A stretch of DNA of 64,000 nucleotides. Origin: Candidatus Uhrbacteria bacterium (GTDB lineage Bacteria > Patescibacteriota > Patescibacteriia > UBA9934). The translations under genes were made by a program, and so were the position numbers. A model generated the notes under the pieces. The model was not told the origin of the DNA. It saw only the letters and a program-made list of their open reading frames with translations, and did not search any database. The stretch spans positions 82,195 through 146,194 of the forward strand of contig CALRHV010000001.1 in assembly GCA_943359525.1 (NCBI GenBank), given 5' to 3'. Position 1 is the first letter of the stretch, and each line of letters opens with the position of its first letter. Positions 29,125 through 38,457 of the stretch are shown piece after piece.

Positions 29125-31953
29125 CTATTTCCCACAACACTTCTTAAACTTCTTTCCACTTCCGCAATGACATGGTTCGTTTGGTCGAGGTTTTTTGGAG
29201 GAATCGCTCTGGATCCCCGCCTGTGCGGGGATGACTGAGCCGGATGGGATGACGGAGTCTAAAGGAGCAACGGCAGGATTTGATTCTGCCTTCTCCGCCG
29301 GCACATCGATCACCGTTGTTCCGCCACTGGATTGCTGCGATAAAAACTGCACCGCGTTGCGCATGAGTTGAGGAGCGGTTTCCATGATGTGCTTTGCGGC
29401 GAGATGTTGGTCGATGATTTTGAAGAGGTTGTACGAAACTTCGCGGCCGAGTTCGGAACGCATCGTGTTGTAGAGGCGATACGATTCGCGCTTGTATTCA
29501 ACAAGAGGATCACGCTGGGCGTAACCTTGCAACCCGATGGTACGGCGCAAGTAGGTCATGTCGTCCAAGTGCTGCATCCACAGCGTGTCGTTGGCGCGCA
29601 ACAAAATATTACGCTCAAGCGCCATAAGGTGTTTTGCATCACCAAACTTTTCAATAGCACCATCGTATGCACGACGAATTGCGCCGTTGACGATCTCGAT
29701 GACGTGGCTGCGTTGATACGCAAGATTTTCTTTGTCGATCGAAAGCGTCGAAAGTTCTTCACGAATCGCAGTCGATTCCCCGTCCTCGAGTTTCACGATC
29801 GTGCTGAGGCTTTCAACAATTTCTTGCGGATCCCAATCTGGCTTGCCCGCCTCGTCTTCTACGAAATCCTTCGGCACGTCGGCTTCCGCCTTGCTCGTGT
29901 GAAAGAACACCACACGTTCGATTTCTTTTTCAACAATTGAGTGCACGAGTTCATGCGCTTTCTCCTCATTCTTCATGACCTCTTTGCGTTCGTTGTACAC
30001 GGCAGTGCGATGCTTATTCAGCACGTCGTCGTATTCCAACACGTGTTTACGTGTGTCGAAGTGATGACCTTCCACACGCTGCTGCGATTTCTCAAGCGCC
30101 TTTGTGACCATCTTGCTTTCGATTGGTGTTGCATCGTCAATACCGAGTTTGTCCATCATACCTTTCACACGATCGCTTCCGAAGATACGCATCAAGTCGT
30201 CGTCGAGTGACACAAAGAACTGCGTGCTACCAGGATCACCTTGGCGACCAGCGCGTCCACGGAGCTGATTGTCGATGCGACGTGATTCGTGGCGTTCGGT
30301 GCCGATCACGTGCAAACCACCGAGCTTCTTTACCTCGTCCGCCATTGCCGCATCCACTGGGTTTCCACCAAGCAAAATGTCCACACCACGCCCAGCCATG
30401 TTTGTGGCAAGTGTTACCGCGCCACGTCGTCCAGCCTGTGCGATAATTTCGCCTTCACGTTCGTGGTTCTTTGCGTTGAGTGTGTTGTGAATAACGCCAG
30501 CCGCAGTAAGAAACTTTGAGAGCGCTTCGTTCTTGTCGATCGACACGGTTCCGATGAGGACTGGCTGACCGATCTCGTTCAAACGCTTCACTTCTTCAAC
30601 AACCGCCATCCACTTTCCCATTTCATTCTTGTAAATGCGATCTGGTAAATCCTTACGACGCGCTTCGTGATTGGTTGGAATAGTGACAACGTCGAGTTTA
30701 TAAATCTTCGCGAATTCCTCGGCTTCCGTGCTCGCCGTTCCGGTCATACCAGAAAGCTTCTCGTACATGCGGAAATAATTCTGGAACGTAATCGTTGCGA
30801 GCGTCTTGCTCTCGCGCTGAATTTTCACACCTTCCTTTGCCTCAATCGCTTGGTGCAAACCCTCCGAATATCGACGGCCTTCCATGATGCGACCAGTGAA
30901 TTCATCAACAATCAATACTTCGCCAGTGCGAACGACGTAGTCACGATCGATCTTAAACAACGAGTGTGCTTTCAATGCCTGCTCGGCGTGATGAACCATC
31001 GCAAGTCCTTCTTCGTAAATATTTTTCACGTTGAGTAAGCGCTCCAACTTTTGCAAGCCGTTTTCCGTGAACGTTGAAACGCGCATCTTCTCGTCGATAT
31101 TAAAATCTTCGCCCTCAACACAATTCCTGATGACGTCGGCGAATCGATAATACAGATCTGTCGATTCTTGCGCCGCAGCAGAAATAATCAACGGTGTACG
31201 TGCTTCGTCGATGAGAATTGAGTCGACCTCGTCCACAATAGCGTAATGCAAACCGCGCTGCACAACGTCCTCGGCACGACTCGCCATGTTGTCGCGTAAG
31301 TAATCGAAACCGAATTCATTGTTCGTACCGTACGTAATGTCGGCAGCATACGCTTGAGATCGGCTCACTGGACGCAACGAATCGGATGCGACGTGGAAAC
31401 CAGCAACAGTCTCCGCGCCTTCTGCTGGTGTCTCCACCTTAAAATCTGCGTCGTAAATATATCCACTTTCGTGCTGAATACACGCGACGGTTAAACCAAG
31501 CGACGCAAACACACGGCCCATCCACACAGAGTCGCGCTTTGCCAAATAGTCGTTCACCGTCACAAGGTGAACACCTTTTCCGGTGAGTGCGTTGAGATAC
31601 GTCGGCGCAGTTGCCGTGAGCGTCTTTCCCTCACCGGTTCGCATTTCCGCGATTGCTCCACGATGCAACGAAAGTCCGCCCATCATTTGCACATCAAAAT
31701 GACGTTGACCGAGTACGCGCTTACTCGCTTCACGAACAACAGCAAACGCCTCGTGCGCCATAGAATCAAGCGTCTCCCCGTTCGCGAGCCTTTCGCGGAA
31801 CGTCTGCGTCTTTGCTTTCAGCTCTTCTGCAGACAACGCTTTCAGTCCTTCCTCGAGTGCTGCAATTTTTTCAGCATCCTTCTTAAGATTCTTAACAACT
31901 TTTGCGTTTGGATCACCGAAAATCGTGGAAAGAGAGAAGGCCATAGATGGCAA
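29125..31953 (-). CDS. secA: preprotein translocase ATPase SecA; its C-terminal linker carries an in-frame insertion of a family (i) repeat
   Basis: 942 aa; DEAD-like motor, PPXD, HSD/HWD domains and a C-terminal zinc motif CHCGSGKKFKKCC; residues SVIPSGSVIPAQAGIQ are encoded by the repeat at 29209..29253. Confidence 0.95.
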   Translation of the reverse strand: MPSMAFSLSTIFGDPNAKVVKNLKKDAEKIAALEEGLKALSAEELKAKTQTFRERLANGETLDSMAHEAFAVVREASKRVLGQRHFDVQMMGGLSLHRGAIAEMRTGEGKTLTATAPTYLNALTGKGVHLVTVNDYLAKRDSVWMGRVFASLGLTVACIQHESGYIYDADFKVETPAEGAETVAGFHVASDSLRPVSRSQAYAADITYGTNNEFGFDYLRDNMASRAEDVVQRGLHYAIVDEVDSILIDEARTPLIISAAAQESTDLYYRFADVIRNCVEGEDFNIDEKMRVSTFTENGLQKLERLLNVKNIYEEGLAMVHHAEQALKAHSLFKIDRDYVVRTGEVLIVDEFTGRIMEGRRYSEGLHQAIEAKEGVKIQRESKTLATITFQNYFRMYEKLSGMTGTASTEAEEFAKIYKLDVVTIPTNHEARRKDLPDRIYKNEMGKWMAVVEEVKRLNEIGQPVLIGTVSIDKNEALSKFLTAAGVIHNTLNAKNHEREGEIIAQAGRRGAVTLATNMAGRGVDILLGGNPVDAAMADEVKKLGGLHVIGTERHESRRIDNQLRGRAGRQGDPGSTQFFVSLDDDLMRIFGSDRVKGMMDKLGIDDATPIESKMVTKALEKSQQRVEGHHFDTRKHVLEYDDVLNKHRTAVYNERKEVMKNEEKAHELVHSIVEKEIERVVFFHTSKAEADVPKDFVEDEAGKPDWDPQEIVESLSTIVKLEDGESTAIREELSTLSIDKENLAYQRSHVIEIVNGAIRRAYDGAIEKFGDAKHLMALERNILLRANDTLWMQHLDDMTYLRRTIGLQGYAQRDPLVEYKRESYRLYNTMRSELGREVSYNLFKIIDQHLAAKHIMETAPQLMRNAVQFLSQQSSGGTTVIDVPAEKAESNPAVAPLDSVIPSGSVIPAQAGIQSDSSKKPRPNEPCHCGSGKKFKKCCGK
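29209..29253. repeat. family (i) hairpin repeat inside the secA coding sequence
   Basis: CTGGATCCCCGCCTGTGCGGGGATGAC plus TGAGCCGGATGGGATGAC; the secA frame reads through it as VIPAQAGIQ. Confidence 0.85.
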
Positions 31954-32232
31954 AATTGTGCCAGAAGTTGGCGGATTTCACAAGGAAAGAATGTTGACGA
32001 AAACCTAAAAAGTGGCTAAGGTTAGTGAGTCAACCAAAGGTTTTCCATGAACGTAGCCCTCGTAATCGGCGTCGTCGGCTTTTTCGCCGTCCTTCTTACT
32101 GTGGCCCTCCTCTTCGGCACCTCCGATCCCCAATCGGGAAGCGGCCCAACCGATCCCTGGTAATACCGAGAACAACTCAACCACGCACTGACCGCCGCCT
32201 CCCGAAAGGTGAGGCGGCGTTGTGATTTATGG

Positions 32233-32637
32233 CTATGGCTTCGCTGATCGACCCCCTCTATCTCCCCCTTGAAAAGGGGGAGGACATGAGGCTGCAATCT
32301 GAAGAAGAACGCCGTCCAAATTTCTCATCACATCATTATTCGTGAATCGAAGGATTCGAAAATCAAGACCGATTAAATATGCAGTGCGTTCTGCATCGTA
32401 AACCAACCCTTCTCGAGTAAAATGAGAATCTCCATCAACCTCAATCACTATACGATGCATCGGCGAACAGAAATCAACAATAAAAGATCCAATTCCAAAT
32501 TGACGGCGAAACTTTATCCCAAGAGTGCCGTTTCGTAATTCTTTCCAAAGTATTCTTTCTGGTATTGTCATGCTTCCGCGAAGATTTCTCCGACGTTCAA
32601 TGCTCCACGCAGGATTAAATAGCTTCGTCATACACAC
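32233..32637 (-). CDS. DUF559 (Vsr-like endonuclease fold) domain protein in an AT-rich insert
   Basis: ERILWKELRN...FRRQ..IG.FIVDF......VIEVDG.SH layout; the body is AT-rich relative to the flanks; the C-terminus runs into a G5 hairpin repeat. Confidence 0.6.
   Translation of the reverse strand: MCMTKLFNPAWSIERRRNLRGSMTIPERILWKELRNGTLGIKFRRQFGIGSFIVDFCSPMHRIVIEVDGDSHFTREGLVYDAERTAYLIGLDFRILRFTNNDVMRNLDGVLLQIAASCPPPFQGGDRGGRSAKP
32252..32283. repeat. G5/C5 hairpin repeat (family iii)
   Basis: CCCCCTCTATCTCCCCCTTGAAAAGGGGGAGG. Confidence 0.8.
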
Positions 32638-32640
32638 CCC

Positions 32641-32738
32641 CTCCTTACTCCCCCTTGAAAAGGGGGAGGGACATAAACTAAACCGAACGTAGCCCCACTT
32701 ATTCCTCTCCCCCTTTTCAAGGGGGAGTCGGAGGGGGT
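32641..32738. repeat. two further family (iii) hairpins in tandem
   Basis: CTCCCCCTTGAAAAGGGGGAGGG ... CTCCCCCTTTTCAAGGGGGAG ... GGAGGGGGTC. Confidence 0.8.
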
Positions 32739-34160
32739 CTAATACACCAGATTCCTCGCCACTCCATCAACGTCCCCCGCACCCATCACAATCACCACAT
32801 CGCTTGGCAGAATAATCTCTCGGAGTTTCGACTCCGCCTCAACAAGGTCCTTCGCGCAATGTCCTTCTTTTGGCGGTGTTGCCGATTGCATTGCCGCATC
32901 GAGAAGTTTTTTACTCGTCACCGATTCATCACGCACTTCCGTTCTGCCAAGCACGCCGTATATTTCGGAAAGGATCAACACATCCGCTCCACCGAACGAA
33001 TCGGCGAAGTCGTCGAAAAGTTCTTTTGTCCGATTATGCTGATGCGGTTCGAAGAGCAACACAATACGACTCGTTGGAAAAAATTCTCTGGCGCCTGCAA
33101 GCGTTCCTTTGATCGCAGACGGATGATGGCCGTAGTCCGAGATGATCTGCGCGCCATTGTACTCGCCGACGCGTTCGAATCGTCGCCAAATTCCAGCGAA
33201 CGAAGCCAGCGATTCGAGAATATTCTGCAGCCCAATACCGTATTCCAGCGCAACCGCTTTTGCCGCGAGCGCATTCATCATATTGAACAAGCCAGGAATA
33301 CTCAGCGTGAGCGTTCCAAGTTTTTTCGCTTTGCGAATCGCGCCGTCCTGCTCAAGAATATCCAGTGATTGCGTGCCGTTCGCAAAATAGCGATCGACGT
33401 ACGGCATCGGTTCGTTCCACGATGTAAATGCGTGTTGCATGAGCTCGTATCCGTAAATTCCAATACGTGCCGAACCGTCGCCACGATACAAACATCGTTG
33501 CTGATCCTTCATGGTAATCCATACGGTCTTCTTTGTCTGACGTCCAAGCTGCGCGAACATCGCCTCAACATCGGCAAGGTCTTTATATACATCAGTGTGA
33601 TCCAGTTCTACGTTCGTGATCACTGTTGTTTCTGGGAAAAGCTTCAACACCTTTCGCAGATACTCGTCACCTTCAATAATCATGATATCGCTCTTTCCAA
33701 CCACAACGTTCCCATATTTCCATCCCGGCACGATCGATCCTACAAACACCGTCGGATCCATTCCGGCATCGATGAAGATCTTTCCCGCCATCGCGGTGGT
33801 CGTCGACTTCCCATTGGTTCCAGTGATACAGATCGTTCGATAGTCTTTCGAGAGTTCGCCAAGAAAATCGAAATGCCCCATTTGTGAAATACCGCGCTCC
33901 GATGCCGCCGCACGTTCAGTATTCTCTTCAGTCGCCGCTTCGGTGTACACGACGAGATCAGTCTCCGATGGGATATTCGACGCGTCATGGCCGATCGATA
34001 CTGGAATTCCGAGATCGATGAGGCCGTCAGTAATCATCGACTGTTTTGCATCGCTTCCCGAAACCGAAACGCCTTTCGCACACAAAAACTTCATCACGCC
34101 ACTGATTCCAATTCCTCCCGCGCCAATACAGTGGACGTGGCGATACGACTCTAGATTCAT
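32739..34160 (-). CDS. murC: UDP-N-acetylmuramate--L-alanine ligase
   Basis: 473 aa; N-terminal GIGGIGISG, Mur ligase central and C-terminal domains. Confidence 0.9.
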   Translation of the reverse strand: MNLESYRHVHCIGAGGIGISGVMKFLCAKGVSVSGSDAKQSMITDGLIDLGIPVSIGHDASNIPSETDLVVYTEAATEENTERAAASERGISQMGHFDFLGELSKDYRTICITGTNGKSTTTAMAGKIFIDAGMDPTVFVGSIVPGWKYGNVVVGKSDIMIIEGDEYLRKVLKLFPETTVITNVELDHTDVYKDLADVEAMFAQLGRQTKKTVWITMKDQQRCLYRGDGSARIGIYGYELMQHAFTSWNEPMPYVDRYFANGTQSLDILEQDGAIRKAKKLGTLTLSIPGLFNMMNALAAKAVALEYGIGLQNILESLASFAGIWRRFERVGEYNGAQIISDYGHHPSAIKGTLAGAREFFPTSRIVLLFEPHQHNRTKELFDDFADSFGGADVLILSEIYGVLGRTEVRDESVTSKKLLDAAMQSATPPKEGHCAKDLVEAESKLREIILPSDVVIVMGAGDVDGVARNLVY

Positions 34161-34163
34161 AAT

Positions 34164-34541
34164 CTATTCTTCTGCCTCGTCGGCAACCATTGCATCTTCT
34201 TCCTCAATTTCGTCGCCGCCTTCAGTACGCGCATCCACCATCTTTTCTTTCTTATCAATCAACTGACGCTTCACGTCGTCCTTCGCTTGATGAATCGCAG
34301 AATATAAATCATCGGCCACTACGTGCGATCGGAGCACCTCGCCAACGACCACAACATTCATCTCGGCAAAAAACACATCACCCTTATTATGATGTTCACT
34401 CGTCTTCCCAACCTCCACCGCGACATCACATGGATCGAAGCGTTTCGCGAAACGCGCAATGCTCTCAACTTTTTCTGTGACATAATTCCGAATGGCGTCC
34501 GTTAGTTCAATATTCGTCCCCTGGATTTCGGTAATGCGCAT
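34164..34541 (-). CDS. hpf: ribosome hibernation-promoting factor (RaiA/HPF, short form)
   Basis: MRITEIQGTNIELTDAIRNYVTEKV... with an acidic tail; an ATG start at 34541 avoids overlapping murB, whereas the longer ORF would need a TTG start. Confidence 0.75.
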   Translation of the reverse strand: MRITEIQGTNIELTDAIRNYVTEKVESIARFAKRFDPCDVAVEVGKTSEHHNKGDVFFAEMNVVVVGEVLRSHVVADDLYSAIHQAKDDVKRQLIDKKEKMVDARTEGGDEIEEEDAMVADEAEE

Positions 34542-34557
34542 AGAAAGGAATAAAGAA

Positions 34558-35538
34558 TTAGAAGCCGATGTGGACAACTTCCTCTTCTAATACTACACCA
34601 ACTTCGGCCGAAACGTGTTTCTTCACTCGCGAAACAAGCCTCACGATGTCTTCGGCAGTGGCATGTCCTTTGTTCAGCAAGAAATTTCCGTGCTGCAATG
34701 ACACTTCCGCGTCGCCAACTGCTGTTCCTTTTAATCCGAGCTTTTCGATAATCCATCCAGCTGGAATGCGCTTGCGGTCGATATACTCTTGTGGAATCTC
34801 GTACGTTTTCTGGAGCTGGGCAATCGTGGCGTGATCCGTCCATTCAAAGTTTTTAAACATGCATCCTGCTGACGACGCGCCGAGTGGCTGTGTTGCCTTG
34901 CGACCAGCGAGGTTCTTTTCAATCTGCGCAAGCGCGTCCTCACGATTCCCAACGTCGAGCTTCAACAGAACGTCGAGAACTACGTCATCATTCCCGATCT
35001 CTTTCAATAGACTGTGACGATACGCAAAGCGTAGATCGTCATTCGACAGCACAAGAACCGTTCCTCGACGGAGCACACGAACGGATTCAATCGATTCTCG
35101 CATCTCGCCTCCGAAGCATCCGGCATTGCCACGAACGCCGCCGCCAATGGTGCCAGGGAGTGAAACAGCCCACTCGAATCCTCGCAATCCAGCTTCTGCG
35201 CTTGCTCGAGCAGCGGCAGAAGAGATCACTCCAGCTTCAGCGAAAATTCGGTTCCCCTCAACACGCATTGCACGGTTCGCAGCTTTGATGACGAGGCCTG
35301 GGAATCCCCCATCGGACACCAACGTATTCGACCCACCGCCGAGAATAAAATATTCCACCGCAAAATCTTGTGCCATGTTTACGGCATCGATGAGATCCTG
35401 GGTACTCCGCGCTTCCACAAACCACTTTGCCGGTCCGCCAATACGGATGTTGAGATGTTTCCCCAGGAGTTCTTGCTCCTTAAACTGCGCACCGAATCGT
35501 TCACGAAATTTATCGGCGAGGGTCATAAAACTATCCAT
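34558..35538 (-). CDS. murB: UDP-N-acetylenolpyruvoylglucosamine reductase
   Basis: FAD-binding PCMH domain (NIRIGGPAKWF..., ILGGGSN) and MurB C-terminal domain. Confidence 0.85.
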   Translation of the reverse strand: MDSFMTLADKFRERFGAQFKEQELLGKHLNIRIGGPAKWFVEARSTQDLIDAVNMAQDFAVEYFILGGGSNTLVSDGGFPGLVIKAANRAMRVEGNRIFAEAGVISSAAARASAEAGLRGFEWAVSLPGTIGGGVRGNAGCFGGEMRESIESVRVLRRGTVLVLSNDDLRFAYRHSLLKEIGNDDVVLDVLLKLDVGNREDALAQIEKNLAGRKATQPLGASSAGCMFKNFEWTDHATIAQLQKTYEIPQEYIDRKRIPAGWIIEKLGLKGTAVGDAEVSLQHGNFLLNKGHATAEDIVRLVSRVKKHVSAEVGVVLEEEVVHIGF

Positions 35539-36061
35539 GTACCGGGAATGGACTCATCGCGAGCATGGAATCTTTTTCCGATGAAGTAATGACGCTCTTT
35601 TGCGCCAACGAAATAACAAGGGCAGTATCTTTCTCATCAACTCGAACAATATGACTCACGATTCCCATCTCCAAACCATCAACCTTTCTATCGAGATGGT
35701 CCTTTGAAGCCAATTCGTTACGTGTTTGACGGAACTCAGCGTCGGTATGTGTCGAAAGCATTTGAATTGCATTCATCACATCGCCTTCGAGTTCAATAGT
35801 TGTTTTTTCTAATCGTTCTACTTTTTCTTCCAAACGCCAGAGACTGCCCCTCGTCGCCGCCGCAAATGCATCTACCTTTATATTATGTATTTTCTGCTTT
35901 GTTGAATCATATTTCAAACTCTCAAGATCTGCCTTTACCGTGGTAACGGTTTGAATCAAACTCACCATCAGCGTTCTGATTTCCTGAGTCTCGATCTGCG
36001 TTTTTTCCACAGCCAATAAAACCTGTGCATTCGTGACTTCTGGATTTTGAGATGATTCCAT
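35531..36061 (-). CDS. hypothetical coiled-coil protein
   Basis: 176 aa; helical heptad pattern. Confidence 0.4.
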   Translation of the reverse strand: MESSQNPEVTNAQVLLAVEKTQIETQEIRTLMVSLIQTVTTVKADLESLKYDSTKQKIHNIKVDAFAAATRGSLWRLEEKVERLEKTTIELEGDVMNAIQMLSTHTDAEFRQTRNELASKDHLDRKVDGLEMGIVSHIVRVDEKDTALVISLAQKSVITSSEKDSMLAMSPFPVHG

Positions 36062-36140
36062 AGTGTTTGAATCCTATCATACCTTTCAAGGAATCTAAAC
36101 CTTCCCAGATGCTCAATAAACCGCTATCCTACTCACATCT

Positions 36141-37385
36141 ATGATGACATTTTCGCACGATACGGAAATTGCACAGGCCATGCAGAACGAACTTGAACGG
36201 CAACGCCACGGATTGGAAATGATTCCGTCCGAAAACTTTGTTTCTGAAGCAGTGCTCGCCGCACTCGGAAGCGTTGCAACGAATAAGTACGCCGAAGGAT
36301 TGCCGGGCAAACGTTACTACGGCGGATGCTTGCACATCGACGTCATCGAGTCGATCGCTATCGAGCGTGCGAAGAAATTGTTCGGCGCAGAACACGTGAA
36401 CGTTCAGCCACACTCTGGGGCACCAGCAAACAACGCCGTGTACGCCGCACTTCTTCAGTCAGGCGACACCGTTCTTGGCATGGATCTTTCGCACGGCGGC
36501 CATCTCACCCACGGTCATCCTGTTACCGATGCGGCGAAGCGATACAACTTCCTTCGGTACAAGACGACGGCTGACGGGACCATCGACTACGAAGAGATCG
36601 AAAGCCTCGCACGCGAGCACAAGCCAAAAATGATTCTCGTTGGATATTCCGCATACACTCGCGAAATTGACTACGCTCGTATCGCAACAATCGCTGCAGA
36701 AGTTGGAGCACTTACCATGGCCGATATCGCCCACATCGCCGGCCTTATTGCCGCAGGAGAAATGAACAATCCGGTTCCCCTGTTCGACGTCGTGACGACC
36801 ACAACGCACAAAACGCTTCGCGGTCCACGCGGCGGAATGATCATGTGTAAGGAAATCCATGCGAAAGCGATCAATAAATCTGTGTTCCCGGGCATGCAAG
36901 GCGGTCCGCACGAGAATACGATTGCCGCAAAGGCGATTGCATTCGGCGAGGCGCTTCAGCCAGAATTCAAGGAATACGCAAAACGCATTCGTGCAAACGC
37001 GAAAACATTAGCCGACGAACTGACGAAGCGTGAATTCACACTGTTGTTCGGTGGAACCGATAATCATCTTCTTCTCATCGACGTCAGCACAAAAGGCGTT
37101 ACCGGCGCACAAGCCGAAGTCGCGCTGGATGCTGCGGGAATTACCGTGAACAAGAATATGATTCCAAACGACCCTCGCGGTCCGATGGATCCTTCCGGAA
37201 TTCGCATGGGCACACCAGCAATCACGACTCGCGGCTTAAACGTAGAGCACATGCCGCTCGTTGCAGAATGGATCGACCGCGCAATTCAACACCACACCGA
37301 TCCTGCCATGCTTCGAAGTATTGCGGACGACGTACGGAAGTTGGTGTCGGAGTTCCCACTGTATCCAGATTTGAAATACGTATGA
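36141..37385 (+). CDS. glyA: serine hydroxymethyltransferase
   Basis: 414 aa; PLP-lysine region TTTHKTLRGPRGG. Confidence 0.95.
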   Translation: MMTFSHDTEIAQAMQNELERQRHGLEMIPSENFVSEAVLAALGSVATNKYAEGLPGKRYYGGCLHIDVIESIAIERAKKLFGAEHVNVQPHSGAPANNAVYAALLQSGDTVLGMDLSHGGHLTHGHPVTDAAKRYNFLRYKTTADGTIDYEEIESLAREHKPKMILVGYSAYTREIDYARIATIAAEVGALTMADIAHIAGLIAAGEMNNPVPLFDVVTTTTHKTLRGPRGGMIMCKEIHAKAINKSVFPGMQGGPHENTIAAKAIAFGEALQPEFKEYAKRIRANAKTLADELTKREFTLLFGGTDNHLLLIDVSTKGVTGAQAEVALDAAGITVNKNMIPNDPRGPMDPSGIRMGTPAITTRGLNVEHMPLVAEWIDRAIQHHTDPAMLRSIADDVRKLVSEFPLYPDLKYV

Positions 37386-38224
37386 CCGAAATTCTCAACG
37401 GAAAAATTCTTGCGAAAACTATTCGTGAAAAGGCAAAGAAACGCGTGGAAGCCATGGAAACTCCTCCAGGTCTTGCCGTGGTTTTGATTGGCGAGAATCC
37501 AGCGTCGCAACTGTATGTTCGTTTGAAAATGGAAGCAGCAAAAGAAGTAGGAATTTATGTTGAGCGACATGAATGCCCAGCAGACGTCAGCACGGCAGAC
37601 GCGGTCGCGAAAGTTCAGGAACTCAATGAACGCAACGACATCAACGGAATTCTCGTACAGCTGCCACTCCCCGGCGATCAGGACACGGATGCAATTATTA
37701 GTGCAATCATGCCGATCAAGGATGTTGACGGCTTCCATACGGAGAATCGCCGTTTGCTCCTTGCAAGCACGCCAAACCTTGTTCCACCAACTGCACTTTC
37801 GCTCATGCGGCTCATTCAAGCAACGCGCATGCCGCTTCGTGGAAAATCCGCCGTCATTCTTGGCAACTCACACATCTTTGCCGAACCCATCATCGAGCTT
37901 CTTCGCGACGCTGGTGTTGCTGCGACTTTTGTTCCCAAAGATACCGAAGGGCTTGCCGCCATCACTCGCGCTGCAGACATCCTCATCGTTGCCGTGGGCA
38001 TCGCAAATTTCATCACCGCCGACATGGTGAAGCCATCCGCCGTCGTCCTCGACGTTGGCGCCAACAAATCCGGCGACAAAACCATCGGCGACGTTTCCGA
38101 AGACGTCATCGGCCACGCCGGCTTCCTCTCCCCCGTCCCCGGTGGTGTCGGCCCACTCACAGTTGCCTACCTTTTACTGAACGTGATCAAGGCGATGGAA
38201 TTGCAGGAGCGATTGAGAGGATGA
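37382..38224 (+). CDS. folD: bifunctional methylenetetrahydrofolate dehydrogenase/cyclohydrolase
   Basis: Starts MTEILNGKILAKTIREK; the ATG overlaps the glyA stop as ATGA; THF_DHG_CYH N- and C-terminal domains (GRS..VG.P motifs). Confidence 0.85.
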   Translation: MTEILNGKILAKTIREKAKKRVEAMETPPGLAVVLIGENPASQLYVRLKMEAAKEVGIYVERHECPADVSTADAVAKVQELNERNDINGILVQLPLPGDQDTDAIISAIMPIKDVDGFHTENRRLLLASTPNLVPPTALSLMRLIQATRMPLRGKSAVILGNSHIFAEPIIELLRDAGVAATFVPKDTEGLAAITRAADILIVAVGIANFITADMVKPSAVVLDVGANKSGDKTIGDVSEDVIGHAGFLSPVPGGVGPLTVAYLLLNVIKAMELQERLRG

Positions 38225-38397
38225 CGCGAGGCGAACGAATCAACGGGTGGCGCCGAGGGAGGCCCCCGCCCCCTCCGGGGACAAGTACGGAGCGCAACGA
38301 GCGCCGCAGTAACATGATGATCAGCGATAAAGTGATGCGCGCGGTGAGCACCGTAACGGGGTCCGAGGTGACAGGACCCGTTGATGAGTGAGTGAAG

Positions 38398-38448
38398 CGT
38401 CTAACCTACGAGAGATGGTTACTGGATCCCCGCCTTCGCGGGGATGAC
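38398..38448. repeat. chimeric family (ii)/(i) hairpin repeat between convergent folD and uvrA
   Basis: CTAACCTACGAGAGAT (a family ii arm fragment) followed by CTGGATCCCCGCCTTCGCGGGGATGACTGA. Confidence 0.8.
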
Positions 38449-38457
38449 TGATAAAAA

